Assembly (NCBI RefSeq): GCF_006345805.1
Contig: NC_043004.1
Location: 64,728,001 to 64,792,000 of the forward strand
Reading direction: 5' to 3'
DNA length: 64,000 nucleotides
Source of the DNA: Octopus sinensis
Taxonomy: Eukaryota
The notes under the pieces are model-generated. The model saw only the letters and a program-made list of their open reading frames with translations. It had not been told where the DNA came from and made no database searches. A program made the translations under genes and the position numbers. This document shows positions 1 to 13,908 of this stretch, piece after piece (within the stretch, counting starts at the first letter, position 1; each line of letters starts with the position of its first letter).

Positions 1-326
1 GTGTGTGTATAATATATACATATATGTATGTGTGTGTATGATATATACATATGTATGTGTGTATATAATGTATACATATGTGTGTGTGTAATGTATGTAT
101 ATATACATATATATATTATACACACATATATGTATATATGCATATGTGTGTATAATATATATATATATATATGTATTTGTATAATATATCTGTGTGTATG
201 TGTATATATATACACACACACACACGCATTCATATACATATACGTTCATATACACACACGTTCATATACATACATTAGTAATGAACTAAAAGAATGAGTA
301 CTCAGCACTGGATATGTGTGTGTGTC

Positions 327-371
<45 letters not shown>

Positions 372-480
372 GACAGAGAGATGTGTATGTTTATATGTAT
401 TCATGTGTGTGTGTACTTGTGTAGGTAATAGCATTTATGTATGTGTGAGTGCATATTTGCGTGTATACACATACACACAC
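1..480. repeat. Compound (TG)n/(TA)n microsatellite. Similar fields lie at about 10730-11350, 12560-13260, 13520-13800, 13990-14210, 31290-31495, 32240-32530, 50270-50860 and 54890-55170.
   Basis: Direct inspection; these fields generate the [12 protein letters not shown] ORFs. Confidence 0.95.
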
Positions 481-706
481 TAATACAAAAAATAATTGCT
501 AAAAATATATATAAAAAAACACACAACCAAAACAAAATCAAGAAAGCCATTAAAAATATAAAATAAACCATTTTTTCGAAACTCCTTAAAATGGTTGGCA
601 GAATCTCTTCAGAGTCTAAGATTATTATTGAATATCTGGAAATAATATCATGACACATTCTTTCATTGATTAATATTTAAATTATTTTATTTATTTATTT
701 ATTAAG

Positions 707-749
<43 letters not shown>

Positions 750-1119
750 AAGATGAGCTGGGATTGGGCGGTATTGGAATATCATGGTAGGGGAAGATTA
801 ATTTAGAATTATGTAGGTGAGGGGTAATTAATAAACATTTATTAAACATTTCTTACTCCTCAGAGCAATACTAAAATAGGGGATTCCAAATTTTGGAAGA
901 ATGTCAGAAATGGTTTGGTTGGGGAGAAAGTGTGTGATTGATCAATCAATTGATCTCAAATAAATTCGATTGATACCTTAACAGAATTCAAAACTTAGAA
1001 CAGACACAGATATAACTAAGTACCATTTTACAAATTCAGACATTTACCACCCTTCACAAATAATAATAATAATGATAATAATAATAATAACAATAATAAT
1101 AATAATAATAATAATAATA

Positions 1120-1335
1120 ATCCTTTCTACTATAGGCACAAAGCCTGGAATTTGTGGGGTGGGGGACTAGTCGATTACGTTGACCTCAGTGTTTCATTAG
1201 TACTTAATATATTGACCCTGAAAGGATGAAAGGCAAAGTCGACCTCAGCAGAATTCGAACTCAGAACATAAAGACGGACGAAATGCTGCTTAGCATTTTG
1301 TGTAGAATATTAATGATGCTGCCAGCTTACCACCT
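1120..1335 (-). mobile_element. SINE family B (tRNA-like head, Deu/Nin-like core, (ATT)n tail). Further minus copies lie at about 1958-2177, 3985-4160, 4210-4420 and 48140-48345.
   Basis: Reverse complement of ctgagttcaaattc..gaggtcgactttgcctttcatcctttc.gggtc.at. The core resembles the Deu/Nin SINE domain (from memory). Confidence 0.8.
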
Positions 1336-1496
1336 TAATTAAAATTAAAATAATAATATTAACAAGAGCACAAAGAGAGCACAAACCTCTGTCAAGGCAA
1401 CACTAACGTCTTCTCAACGATTAGCCAGAGATGATTTTTAAAACGAGAATATCTGAAATAAACTCAACTACTCTCACAAGCTTGAATATTAAAAAT

Positions 1497-1730
1497 GAAC
1501 CTGACCGCTCTCAAAAATTAAGTTAAAAAAAGCAGAAAAATAATTCAGAATCCTTGTCCGATATGAGAATGGTCCCAAAATCTAACCAGTTTTTGCCAGT
1601 TACGCAGCCAAACATCCCTGAAAGTTGTGTCCAAATCCATCCTGTGGATCTTGAGATATCTTGTCCAAGGACAAACAAACAAACAAACATGACTGAAAAC
1701 AATACCTCCACTTTCACTAAGGTGGAGGCA

Positions 1731-1735
<5 letters not shown>
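1497..1735. mobile_element. Helentron/HINE-like non-autonomous element
   Basis: (CAAA)n subterminal microsatellite followed by hairpin CCTCCAC..GTGGAGG (1705-1728), an architecture typical of Helentron-associated elements. Confidence 0.45.
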
Positions 1736-1761
<26 letters not shown>

Positions 1762-2179
1762 TCATGTCCACAATAGTTACAAGGCCTTAAAATTTTGTAG
1801 GCTAACCAATTACACTGACACCCCAACAAACCCACAACCCTCAAGAAGGATGATAAGAAAAGCTGACTTTGGTAAAATTTGAACTTAAAATGTAAAGAAA
1901 TGTCAGTAAGCATTTTGTGTAACATGCTAGTGATTCCACCAGCTTTCAATGATAATAATAATCCTTTCTACCATAGGCACAAGGCCTGAAATTTGATGGG
2001 GGAGGGGTCTGGTTGGTTACATTAACCCCCAGTGCATAACTGGAACATAATCTATTGATCCAAAAGGATGAAAGGTAAAGATGACCTCGGAAGAATTTGA
2101 ACTCAGAACATAGCGACAGGCGAAATACGGCTAAGCATATTGTCCAGCATGCTAACAATTCTGCCAGCTCACCACCTTA

Positions 2180-2325
<146 letters not shown>

Positions 2326-2376
2326 TCTGATTTAGGCAATTTTGAAGGGAATCTGTTAATGAATATCATCAATCAT

Positions 2377-2758
2377 AGGTGCTGGAGTGACTGTGTGGTA
2401 AGTAACTTCCTTTCCAACCACATGGTTCTGGGTTCAGTCCCACTGCATGGCACCTTGGGCAAGTATCTTCTACTATAGTCTCAGGCCGACCAAAACTTTG
2501 TGAATAGATTTGGTAGATGGAAACTGAAAGAAGCTCATCGTATGTGTGTGTGTGTGTATTTGCACAGCTCCCCACCATCGCTTGACTACCAAAGCTGGTG
2601 TGTTTAAGTCCCCATAACTTAGCAGTTCGGCAAAAGTGACCAATAGAATAAGTACTAGGCTTAAAAAGAATAAGTCCTGGGGTCAGTTTGTTTAACTACA
2701 GGCAGTGCTCCAGCAAGGCTGTAGTCAAATGACTGAAACAAATAAAAGAATAAAAGAG
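2377..2758 (+). mobile_element. SINE family A (tRNA-like head, conserved body, internal microsatellite, CR1/L2-type tail)
   Basis: Head gtgtggtaag..ggttctgggttcagtccc; body ggcaccttgggcaagt; tail gctccagca..cagtcaaatgactgaaacaa. Confidence 0.85.
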
Positions 2759-2994
2759 TGATCCCTAGTACTTGACTGGTCCTTTATATTTTACATCAAC
2801 CATGAAAGAATGAAAGGCAAAATGGACCTTGACAGAATCATAAACAGCTGCACCAAATTCTGCAAGACATTTCATTCATCATGCTAACAATTTTTATCAA
2901 ACCATTGCCCTACAACAAGTACTACTACTGCTGCTACTACTATCAATAATAATAATAATAATAATAATAATATTAATGATAATAGCGAAGAAGA

Positions 2995-3919
2995 AGAAGA
3001 AAATGAAGAAACAACAAAAACTATAAAAGAAATGAAATCCAAACTAAAAATAGAACAGCAACGAACGATGGCAAGAAAAGCCCCTTCATGGTAAATACTG
3101 GACTAAACTAAATGCAAAAGAAATAGACAAACAAAAATCCCAGCAATGGTTGAGAAGCTCAGGACTCAAAGCAGAGACAGAAGGATTTTTAATTGCAGCA
3201 CAAGACCAAAGCCTCACCACCAGAAATTACCAAAAACATGTAATGAAAAAAAATATAACAAATAACTGCAGAATATGTGGAGATGGACAAGAAACAATAA
3301 ATCATATTATCTCTGGCTGCCCAATCCTGGCTAAGAAGGAATATATTCACAGACATGACAGAGTTGGAACCTACATACATTGGAAGCTATGCCAACATTA
3401 TGGAATAACAACAGAAAAAAGATGATATAGGCACACACTAGAAAAGGTCACAGAAAACGAGAAAGCACCCATACTCTGGGATATGCCGATACACACAGAC
3501 AGAGAAATTAAGGCCAACAGACCAGATATAGTTGTCAGAGATCATGAAGAAAAAAAATGCTTTCTAATTGATGTATCAATACCGGCAGATGACAACGTGT
3601 CTCTAAAAGAAATGGAGAAACTCTCAAAATACAAAGACCTGGAAATAGAGGTAACTAGAATGTGGAACCTGAAAACAGAAACAATTCCTATCATAGTAGG
3701 TGCATTAGGCATGATAAAAAAATATTCAGACAAATACATAACAAAAACACCAGGACTTACAAACACATATAACATACAGAAAATTGCACTACTAGGCACT
3801 GCACACATCCTACGCAGAACACTTTCCATACAATAACCATCAGAGCATCACAACAAATCACAGGCACACAGAGCTGCGCTCGGTAGTGAAGTGTAAGCAC
3901 GCTATAAAAAATAAAACTA

Positions 3920-3925
<6 letters not shown>
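2995..3925 (+). mobile_element. 5'-truncated R4/Dong-like non-LTR retrotransposon (CCHC knuckle plus restriction-like endonuclease), inactivated
   Basis: ORFs 3150-3425 and 3483-3836 are one frame broken by a TGA at about 3422. Motifs: CRICGDGQETINHIISGC, RHDRV, RPDIVV...LIDVSIP...K.SKYKDL. Embedded in (AAT)n on both sides. Confidence 0.88.
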
Positions 3926-3974
<49 letters not shown>

Positions 3975-4965
3975 GTAGTAGTAATAATAATGGTTTCAAA
4001 TTTTGGCACAAGGTCAGCAATCAATTTCAGGGGAGGGGGTAAATTGATTGTATTGATCCTAGTACTCAAATGGTACTTATTTTATTGGCCCTGAAAAGAT
4101 GAAAGGCAAAGTCAACCTTGGTGGCTCAGCATGCTAATGATTTTGCCAGCTCGCTGCCTTTTCATTAAAAATAATAATAATAATAATAATTATTATTATT
4201 ATTATTATAATCCTTTCTACTGTAGGCACAAGGCCTGAAATTTGGTGGGAGAGAGTAAGTTGGTTACATAACTGGTACTTATTTCATCACCCCCCCCCCA
4301 CACACACACACACACACAAAAAAAAAGGATGAAAGGCACAGTCGACCTTGGTGAAATTTGAACTCACAACAAAGCGGCAGACGAAAATACTGCTAAGCAT
4401 TTCGCAGTATTTCATCTGCCAATAATAATAATAATAATAATAACTCTTTCTAATTTTGGTATAAGGCAGAGGGCAAGTTGCTTACATAGACTCCGGTATT
4501 TGGCTGGTATGTTATGCTATCAACCTCAAAATCCAAATTAGTGTGACTTTGTGTGTATGTGTATGTATATATATATATATATATATATAAGCGAAATGCA
4601 AATGTTCTGCTTTGTTCTTAGAAATCTAAGAATTCTCATATATGTTGGTCACCTTTGGTAACATAGGCTTCCCTCTCTTTTCTCTGCAAGTCAACCCTGA
4701 TTGTGTAGAATCAGTTATTGTTTAGCTCCAGGTTATCCTTAATTGAAAAGATTAATTATCAAAAGCATCCCAACCATGAGAAACCCATCTTTTTCATATG
4801 TGCAAGGAATCTAGGACCATATCATTCTGCATGTCTTTTTCTGAGATAATTGGCTATGATTTAATGGAGATTCAGTTGCTATTTCTAGTAAGTTGTATGA
4901 CCAAGTAGAAGCTTTTCGCATCGATTTGTTTCTCTGGTTGACACATATCATTAACTTGTCTATCA

Positions 4966-5760
4966 CAGACTCTTCTCTCTTGCCGACCCATCTCCCTTGC
5001 CGACCCATCTCCCTTGCCGACCCATCTCCCTTGCCGACCCATCTCCCTTGCTGACCCATCTCCCTTGCTGACCTGTCTCCCTTGCCGACCTGTCTCCCTT
5101 GCCGACCTGTCTCCCTTGCCGACCCGTCTCCCTTGCTGACCCATCTCCCTTGCCGATCCATCTCCCTTGCCGATCCATCTCCCTTGCCGACCTGTCTCCC
5201 TTGCCGACCCATCGCCCTTGCCGACCCATCTCCCTTGCCGACCTGTCTCCCTTGCTGACCCATCTCCCTTGCTTACCTGTCTCCCTGCTGACCTGTCTCC
5301 CTTGCTGACCCATCTCCTTTGCTGACCTGTCTCCCTTGCTGACCTGTCTCCCTGCTGACCTGTCTCCCTTGCCCCAACCCGTCTCCCTTGCCAACCAGTT
5401 TCCCTTACTCCGACCCATCTCTCTTGCCAACCCAACTCCCTTACCAACTCATCTCCCTGCTCACCTGTCTCCCTTGCCAACCTGTCTCCCTTGCCGACCT
5501 GTCTCCCCTGCCGACCTATCTCCCCTGCCGGCCCATCTCTCTTGCTGACCCATCTCCCTTGCCGACTCATCTCTCGTCGACTCTTTTCCTGACTTGTCTC
5601 CCTTGTTGACTCATATCTCTCGTTGGCTCTTGACTCATTTCACTTGTTGACTCTTTTGACACATTTCCCTTATTGACTCCTGTCCCTTGGTAACATACTC
5701 TTTCTTATTGATTCATCTCTCTTGTTGACTTACCTTCCGTGATGATTCACGTTCCTTGTT
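4966..5760. repeat. 17-bp GC-rich minisatellite (CCGACCCATCTCCCTTG), about 35 units, decaying towards the 3' end
   Basis: The 17-nt period is directly readable from 4983. Variant units are CCGACCTGTCTCCCTTG and CTGACCCATC...; AT-enriched degenerate units follow at 5570-5760. Confidence 0.95.
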
Positions 5761-6574
5761 AAAGTGTTCCAGTTGATTGAATAACTAAGTGCAATTTACA
5801 GGTGTGTTGAGAATAACTGAAGTATATCTAGCTATAAAAGTAAATGGTACACGTGTGTGTGTGTGTGTGTGTGTGTAGTTCCTGTATCAATTTACAGGTC
5901 TAACTAACCATGGGGTCTCAGGTTCAATCCTACTGTGTGGCACATTGTATCAATCACTGTAACCACAACACCTTGAACCAACCCAACATTTATAAGGATA
6001 ACTGTACAAAAGCCTGCCAGAAGAACCCTACCTGTAATACAAGAGACCAACATTATCAGTGATTCAGCCTAAGAACTACATAAAGTGTGCAAGCGTCTGT
6101 GCAATACTCAACTACATATACAATGATTTGATATGTAGGTAGTTCAGTTGGATGAGCACATGTAATACACATCACTGAAAATCGACCGTGAATCCATTTG
6201 TTCTGATTCATTTTCCATTTATTTTTCCATTTTCCGTGCTTCAATGGTCCCAATTGGTTTTGTAAGAGCAATTGATTTTATTGTTGTTGTTTTTTTGGGG
6301 GGAAATTTTTTTCATTACTTTTTACGGCAAGATGCCACTTCCTACCACCAACCACTCGACCATGAAGTAGGAATAGAACCTGTTTCATGATAACCAGTAA
6401 AGCAATAATGGAGCAGACTATGTTATTTTTGTGTGTCTTGCTCAAGGACACCACACAATAGGTATCAGACAATATATGTGTTTGCATGAATATATATATA
6501 TATATATATATTAGAAATATTAAATTTCTAAATATCTCATAGAGATATGTACAGATATCTTCAGCTAGCAGGCT

Positions 6575-6635
6575 TCTGCTACTCTAGACCGATGATGAGC
6601 AAAGACCCTGAAACATGCGTGTCTCTAGATGCAGG
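6575..6635 (+). ncRNA. Degenerate type I hammerhead motif
   Basis: TCTAGA-CCGATGA...GAAAC-A-TGCG-T-GTC-TCTAGA: 6-bp stem I plus CTGC/GCAG, 3-bp stem III and a GTC site. Core U4 is changed to C and stem II is poor. Confidence 0.45.
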
Positions 6636-6792
6636 CCTAGCTTTTGGGGGTATTTGTCTCCCCTTCGTAAATATATAAGGACACAGGAAATGTGTCGAAG
6701 CCGACTGGAAGCGTCGATGCTTCCTAGGGCTAAACAGTGGTGGTGTAACTCCCTCACAGGACTGTCACGATAAGTTGACAGTATACAACCAC

Positions 6793-6824
<32 letters not shown>

Positions 6825-7068
6825 CCCAATAATAAATTTAGTTTTTTTTCTTTTTTATTGTACTTTGTTAAATTTACTGAACTTTATTCTTCTAATTATT
6901 TTACATGGAAATTTTAAACCTCTCTATTTGGTTAGTATTATTGTTATCATAGCAATGTCTGTTTTGCCATGTTTGCATGGGTCAGACAAAATTTGTTGAG
7001 GACAATTTTCTAAAGTTGGATGCTTTCATGTGGCAAACCAACTTATTATAAGCTACTGCTATTTTTTT

Positions 7069-7218
7069 GGCTGTGTGGTAAGTAGCTTGCTTACCAACCA
7101 CATGGTTCCGGGTTCATTCCCACTGCGTGGCACCTTGGGCAAGTGTCTTCTTCTATAGCCTCAGGCCGACCAAAGCCTTGTGAGTGAATTTGTTAGACGG
7201 AAACTGAAAAGAAGCCTG

Positions 7219-7268
<50 letters not shown>

Positions 7269-7484
7269 ATATGTTTGTGTGTCTGTGTTTGTCCCCCCGG
7301 CATCGCTTGACAACCAATGGTGGTGTGTTTACGTCCCCGTAACTTAGCAGTTCAGTAAAACGAGACCGATAATATAAGTACTAGGCTTCCAAAGAATAAG
7401 TCCTGGGGTCAATTTGCTTGACTAAAGGTGATGCTCCAGCATGGCTGCAGTCAAATGACTGAAACAAGTAAAAGAGTAAAAGAG
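7069..7484 (+). mobile_element. SINE family A
   Basis: Near-consensus full copy with central (TA)n(TG)n. Confidence 0.9.
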
Positions 7485-7693
7485 AGCGTATATACATATA
7501 GGATGCATGGCCTAATGGTTAGGGTGTTGCATTCACAATCATGAGATCATGGTTTCAATTCCTAGACTGGGTGGTGCATTGTGTTCTTGAGCAAGACATT
7601 TCCTCTCGCATTACTCTTCAATCATTTCAACACTTGACACTTGGTACACCATGCACTTGTCAGGCAACGTCGATTTGATGGAAAGAATGAGCT

Positions 7694-7850
7694 AGGAGTG
7701 GCTGTGTGGTAAGTAGCTTGCTTACCAACCACATTGTTCCAGGTTCAGTCCCACTGCGTGGCACCTTGGACAAGTGTCTTCTACTATAGCCTCGGACCAA
7801 CCAAAGCCTTGTGAGTGGATTTGGTAGACGGAAACTGAAAGAAGCCTGTC

Positions 7851-7896
<46 letters not shown>

Positions 7897-8083
7897 TTGT
7901 GTTTGTCCCCCCAACATCGCTTGACAACCGATGCTGGTGTGTTTACATCCCTGAAACTTTAGAAGAAGTACTAGGCTTATGAAGAATAAGTCCTGAGGTC
8001 GATTTGCTCGAGTGAAAAGCGGTGCTCCAGCATGGCCACAGTCAAATGACTGAAACAAGTAAAAGAGTAAAAAAGAGTAAGAG
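7694..8083 (+). mobile_element. SINE family A
   Basis: Full copy, same modules. Confidence 0.9.
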
Positions 8084-8814
8084 TAATATACATCACAAAT
8101 ATTTGATCACTCCACTGCTTCAAGCGAACTACAATACTCTCCTATAAACAAATCATTTGAGTTGGTTGTTCGATAAAAGCTGAATGCTCATACATCGTCT
8201 TCAACAGGAGAATCCATTGTATAAAACACAATGTTATTCAGAATACCTGAAACATGTATAATGTAGATAATTTTACAGCTATTTATTTGAAAGCCTTTTA
8301 GCTGTGGTGATAGAGATGATACGATAACATCCTATTCATCTCATTTTTTGTTTAAAAAATCAAATCCTGCTGAATTTGACTATATTTTTCGTCCTTCTTG
8401 GGACTGATTACACAAAAATACACAAAAATACACAAAAATACTACTAACAAAATGTCTGACATTGTACCAAGTCAAAATTACTACTACAAAAGCTATTACT
8501 ACTACTACTACTACTGCTACTGTTACTACTACAATGGTCAGTTGACAGAAGAAAGGGTGCACCAGACTAAATCTGTCACAGCATTTAGTTTTAGTCCTTA
8601 TATTTTGGGTTTAAATCTTGTTTATAGCTTACTTTGCTAGTCATTTATATGGAACCAATAAAAATAGATAAAAAATACAACCAGTAATATACTGGTTTGC
8701 TACACTCCCCCCTCTTTACCTTCATCCTTCCCCTGTTATGACTGTCTCATACCTAACTGAGAAATCATCATCACCTTCATCATCATCATCAACATAATTT
8801 TATTATTATTATTA

Positions 8815-9032
8815 AGTTAGCAAGCTGGCAGAATCATTAGCATGCTGGGTAAGGTGCTTAGTGATATTTCGCCCATCACTACATTCTGAGTTCAAATTCT
8901 GCTGAGGTCAACTCTGCCTTTCATCGTTTCAGGGTCAATAAAATAAGTATCAGTTGAACAATGGGGTCAATGTAATCGACTAATTCCTCCCTCCCCCAAA
9001 AAAATTCAGGCCTTGTGCCTATAATAGAAAGG

Positions 9033-9075
<43 letters not shown>
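8815..9075 (+). mobile_element. SINE family B. Further plus copies lie at about 9355-9590, 9600-9740, 34480-34598, 43495-43730, 55725-55860, 55866-56097 and 61115-61325.
   Basis: Same head and core, ending gtgcctataatagaaaggattattatt. Confidence 0.82.
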
Positions 9076-9076
<1 letters not shown>

Positions 9077-10462
9077 ATAATAGTGATATTTACCAAAATT
9101 GGTGGAGTGTTGAATTAATGGCTTTGCACTATTTACTTAGAGATTTTTTTTTGTCCTGGGTTCAATCTCAGGTAATGTTGGTAAGGGATTAATTTTGCTT
9201 TTCATTCTTAATAGTTTGATAAAGTACCATTTTTGGGGGGATTTTTTCTTTTTTTGTGTGTGTCATTTCTTCCTGGCTCATTGAAACAAAGTACCAACTA
9301 AGTACTTGAGCCAACCATATGTGTGTGTGTCAGCTTACGACTAACATTAGTTCTTATTACTGGAAGGCAACAAACTGGTAGAATCATAAGAACATCAGAC
9401 TAAATACTTAGTGACATTTCTTTCGGTTCTTTACATTCTGAGTTCAAATCCCATTGAAGTCAAGTGAACTTTACCTTTCATCCTGTTGGAGGTTGATAAA
9501 ATGAAGTACACATTAAATGCTGGGATCGATGTAATTAACTTGCCCTTGGCCCCTCAAAATTGCTGGCTTCATTCTAAACTTTGAGACAATTATTATCAAG
9601 GCATCAAGCTGGTAGATTTGTTAAAGCATCAGAAAAATGCTTCGCTGCATTTCTCCTGGCTTCATTATGCTCTAAGCTCAAATCTCCCTGAGATTAACTC
9701 TGTTTTTCATCCTTTCAGGGTTGATAAAATATAAAGTACCATTATTACTACTACTACTATTACTCTTATAACTACATGGGTCCTACTGATGACTAACATC
9801 ACAGGAATCATATAAAATATTGTTTCATTCAGTCCTTCATGTCCCAAAACTCCATTGGTGCCACCAATAATATCAATTTTTCATGCATTTCTCTAATCAC
9901 CCATATTATTTCAGTTATATTTTTCTAAAAATGTGTTGCAGTCATATTTTTTTCCTTTTCTAATTTGCTTTATGTGTGATTTTTTTCTTTGATTATTTCT
10001 TTGAAATTTACTTTTTTTCATTGTTCTTATTTATTGTTTTATGTTTCTTTTATTTATTGATTGCCTCCTTCTTTTTCACAATAGAAGTGTAAAGAATTTG
10101 GAATTACCATAAGGTAAAAGTTAGAGAAGTGGTGAGAGAGAGAGAGAGGAAGAGAGTAAGAGAGAAATGGTGAGATGGAGAGAGAGAGAGAGAGATGTTA
10201 TGTCTGCAAGCAAATGGAAGGCATGGTTTAAAAAGATATTGAGCTAGAAAAAGGGAGGTAGGGGAAGAGAGAAAAGAATCCCATTTATATAATAGCCAAG
10301 AGATTTAGAAGAAAAAGGTGTATAGAAATATAGAATAAATCTAAAAATTTACAGGAATTAAGTTAAAACACACCAAACATTGGTAAGGTTTAAGGAAAGA
10401 CAATTGGTGAGAAGCAGCTTAAAGAATGAAAAAGAAAAGGGTGTGAAAATGTGTGTATATCT

Positions 10463-10716
10463 GCCGTGCCGGTGGCATGTAAAAAGCACCATCCGATCGT
10501 GGCCGTTTGCCAGCCTTCTCTGGCACCTGTGCAGGTGGCACGTAAAAAGCACCCACTACACTCACAGAATGGTTGGCGTTAAAAAGGGCATCCAGCCGTA
10601 GAAACACTGCCAGATCAGACTGGGCCTGGCGCAGCCTTCTGGCTTCCCAGACACCAGTTGAACCGTCCAACCCATGCCAACATGGAAAACGGACGTTAAA
10701 CGATGATAATGATGAT
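10463..10716 (+). mobile_element. Retroposon family C (gtggcacgtaaaaagcacc repeats plus RTE-type tail and (GAT)n). Other copies lie at about 11612-11775 (-), 43138-43440 (+), 47535-47740 (-) and 48420-48640 (+).
   Basis: Tail ggaagggcatccagc.gtagaaac...tccaacccatgc.agcatggaaa.cggacgttaaacgatgatg is shared with the RTE fragments. Confidence 0.82.
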
Positions 10717-10771
10717 CTATGTGTGTGTTTTTGTGTGTCTATATATATGTATATATGTATATATGTGTATG

Positions 10772-10806
<35 letters not shown>

Positions 10807-11238
10807 GTGTGTGTGTGTGTGTGCACACACACAGCCATCATCTGTTGGAGAGGATTGTTACCTCATTTCTGTCATTTAAATAAGAAAACTCAATTTAAAC
10901 AATGTTTTTCTGTTAATAGCTTCTCTGTGTTTAATACTTTAAGAACAACTTATCAATTAATGTGTGTGTATGTACATGTATTCATACACACATATATGCA
11001 TGCATGTGCATCTATATATATATACATATATATGTTCACAAGCAAAGTGTGTGTGTGCATATATATAAAATATGCATAGTGTATGTTTGTATATATATAT
11101 ATGTATGTATATATATATATATGCATGTATGTACATGTATATTCACACACAATGTATTTGTGCATATATACAGAGATATGGGGTGTGTGTATATACATAC
11201 ACACACACATATGTATGTATGTATACGCATGCACATAG

Positions 11239-11294
<56 letters not shown>

Positions 11295-11303
11295 TATATA
11301 TAT

Positions 11304-11338
<35 letters not shown>

Positions 11339-11571
11339 CATATATATTTATATTCATTCATGTAAAGCAGTGAATTGATTGACTCTGGCATATCAGATTG
11401 CTAAAGCTCTGAGCTCAAATTCCACTGAGGTCGACATTGTCTTTCATTCTGTCTGCCTCTCATTCTTGGGTTCCAGCAGACTTGAAAATGTCAAAGTCTT
11501 ACTGAATCATGCTGGTACCCTCAATGGTTTCGTTGAGGTTTAAGGACTTAAAGCAAGGCAAGGTGTTTATA

Positions 11572-11602
<31 letters not shown>

Positions 11603-11772
11603 GACATATACCATCATCATCCATCGTTTAACGTTCGCTTTCCATGCTGGCATGGGTTGGATGGTTTGACTGGGGACTGGCGAATCAGATGGCTGCACCA
11701 GGCTCCAATCTGATCTGGCAGTGTTTCTACAGCTGGATGCCCTTCCTAATGCCAACCACTCTGAGAGTGTAG

Positions 11773-11820
<48 letters not shown>

Positions 11821-11967
11821 CATTGATATATACATCTTCATACAGGATCCACATTAGACTCCTCACTCATATCATTATCGAACCGGGAGTTTAACTACGG
11901 TCCTTCCATAGCACTTGCATAGTGTTACCTGCCATCTTGGATACCAGTACCTCCCATATATATATAT

Positions 11968-12007
<40 letters not shown>

Positions 12008-13095
12008 CCTACCAGCGAACAAACAAAGTACATACATTGAGTATGTATTTTCGATAACATATGTGTGTCTGTATATGTGTATTTACAAATATAAGGCTTC
12101 ATAGCTAGATATAGATATACAAGAAATATAATTTTAGATATCTAATTTAAAACTATAGAATATGATAGATTTTTCTCTCACCAAACAACCAGAAAGCCTG
12201 CTTATACAACTCAGGGACATAGCAACAAATCCATAGGCCAAACGTTTACATAACTTATGACAGACAATAAGTCAGCACCTATATATGTTTTAGCCATGAC
12301 AATAGGTCAACAGTAATACTATAAAGATATGCTATAGTTATATTATAAACAGAATGAAAATTCTACATACTTCTCTAAATATTAGGGAGATAGTTTTACA
12401 TATTTCAACTATGTTAAACAAACTATGTTTGATTACCTCTAACAAGTAGCAGTAGGCAGCAAGTTAATGCCATAGCACCTTATGAGAATAGGGAGACAAT
12501 TATACGTGTTTAACCAGGGACAACTTGTAGACCTTTAACTTGTAATAACAGGGATATTAGTAATGTGTATTTCACGTACATATATACATATATATGTATG
12601 TATATAAATTTGTATGTGTGTGAGTATATTGAAAAGGACAGGTAAAAAGTATTTATCAGTGTATATATATATATATATATATTATGTGTATCTATATATG
12701 CAGACACATGTGTGAAATTATATACATTTATATGAATTTGTGTTTATATGTGTAGCCATAAAATGTATATAAATGTCTATATATATATATAAACACATAT
12801 GTATATCAGTACAATGTGTATAAGTGAGTATATATATAGAGAGAGAGATATAGATATATATCTATATATATATATATATATATATATATCAGTATAATAT
12901 ATGTATATATATATCCATACAAGTGTGTATAAATGTATATACATATTTTCATATGCATATATAGAAAGATTTGTGTGTGGATAGATAGATAGATAGATAT
13001 TTGTATATATAGATGTGTATATATAAAGATATATACATATATGTATGTATACCTATATGTGTGCATATTTATGTATATATTCGTGTATATATATT

Positions 13096-13126
<31 letters not shown>

Positions 13127-13288
13127 TTATCATTTATGATGATAATGATAGATATGCATTTATTCATGTCTATGTTTGTGTGTGTAAATGTCGATATGCT
13201 TTTATATGTGCGTACAAATGGATAGATTTTTATTTGTATGTGTATTTCTATGTATAGAAATACGCATGTGTGTGTCATTATATATTGC

Positions 13289-13324
<36 letters not shown>

Positions 13325-13553
13325 ACATGGAATTGAATGATATAAAGGGAAAATATATACTAAAAAGGATTTCAAGAAAAGATGACAGATGAGATGAAAT
13401 AAATAAATTCAATATAAAAAAAAGAAAGAAATAAAGAAGAGGACAGCAAACATACAACATTGGAAATTATGAAATGGAAAATAAAAATAGTAATTTATAA
13501 GATCAGAAAAAGAATGACATATATAATATATATTAATATATACATATATATAT

Positions 13554-13592
<39 letters not shown>

Positions 13593-13908
13593 GAAAAGTT
13601 TTTTGGCTGCTATTTCTAACGAGTTCAGTATGCGGCAAAGTAATTTATTTTACTAAGCCCTTTTATATAATGTAATAATTTATATATTTATATATACATA
13701 TATATATATATATCTTTATATATAATATATATATTTATAATATATATATAATATATATATTATATATATATATAGTGTGTGTGTGTGTGTGTGTGTGTTT
13801 AGTGTTGTCTGTTAGAAGAAAGAGTACTCAATGCCATAGTTGAGATTCATATTATCTTTATTTTGGTTGAGTTAGTCTTAAGATACTCTGAGTTTTGCCT
13901 GTGAGTAT

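Noticed and set aside
555-625. Minus-strand CTGAAGA...CGAAA hammerhead-like spacing
   Set aside because: Stems I and III do not pair convincingly.
4811-5609. Arg/Gly-rich repetitive ORFs (up to 232 aa) on - and Pro/Leu-rich ORFs on +
   Set aside because: Open in several frames because the 17-bp unit lacks stops; a by-product of the minisatellite.
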